A stretch of DNA of 63,537 nucleotides, filler included, from Chiloscyllium plagiosum (lineage: Eukaryota): NCBI RefSeq assembly GCF_004010195.1. It is 3 parts of one record of this genome, joined end to end, with 100 filler letters (N's around TTAATTAATTAA, not from the genome) between each part and the next. Parts side by side here need not be neighbours in the genome. Positions count along the whole stretch, not along the records: positions 58,078 to 63,537 come from NC_057714.1; 2 more parts are not named here. The stretch is one strand, 5' to 3'. This document shows positions 63,173 through 63,537 of this stretch, one piece after another (position 1 is the first letter of the stretch; every line of letters starts with the position of its first letter). The notes beneath the pieces are model-generated. The model saw only the letters and a program-made list of their open reading frames with translations, made no database searches and was not told the DNA's origin. The position numbers and the translations under genes were made by a program.

Positions 63173-63537
63173 GACAATAGACAATAGGTGCAGGAGTAGG
63201 CCATTCAGCCCTTCGAGCCTGCACCGCCATTCAATATAATCATGGCTGATCATTCCTAATCAGTATCCTGTTCCTGCCTTATCTCCATAAACCTTGATTC
63301 CACTATCTTTGAGAGCTCTATCCAACTCCTTCTTAAATGAATCCAGAGAGTGGCCTCCACTGCCCTCTGGGGCAGAGCATTCCACACAGCCACCACTCTC
63401 TGGGTGAAGAAGTTTCTCCTGAGCTCTGTCCTAAATGGTCTACCCCATACTTTTAAGCTGTGTCCTCTGGTTCGGCACTCACACATCAGTGAAATATGTT
63501 TCCTACTGCCAGAGTGTCCAATCCTTTAATAATCTTA
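63173..63537 (-). mobile_element. CR1 LINE 3' end, truncated by the window edge
   Basis: RTRGHSLKVWGRPFRTELRRNFFTQRVVAVWNALPQRAVEA. The same 3' tip occurs as a tiny fragment at about 39525-39578. Confidence 0.9.

Overview
Eukaryotic, repeat-dense vertebrate DNA. The repeat families (CR1 LINEs, HE1-type V-SINEs, Penelope-like elements) point to a cartilaginous fish, probably a shark; this is an inference. The only host gene I can support is UBE3C (HECT E3 ubiquitin ligase) on the minus strand: four consecutive internal exons (49536-49765, 48861-49015, 46724-46911, 28910-28996) with canonical AG/GT sites and matching phases. The rest is presumably intronic: decayed CR1 fragments, SINEs, two solo LTRs with target-site duplications (TSDs), a Tigger-like MITE, microsatellites and three assembly gaps, two containing an artificial TTAATTAATTAA linker. 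The most notable structure is a set of Penelope-like element (PLE) insertions. Many are fold-back palindromes with 13-16 bp TSDs, and their ends carry minimal hammerhead-ribozyme-like motifs of at least three sequence families (CUGANGA-stem II-GAAAN-NUH, almost no stem III). PLE hammerheads are a known class, so any novelty lies in these specific families and their hairpin-only copies. Repeat boundaries are approximate unless a TSD is given. No database searches were run; protein identities come from recalled family sequences.
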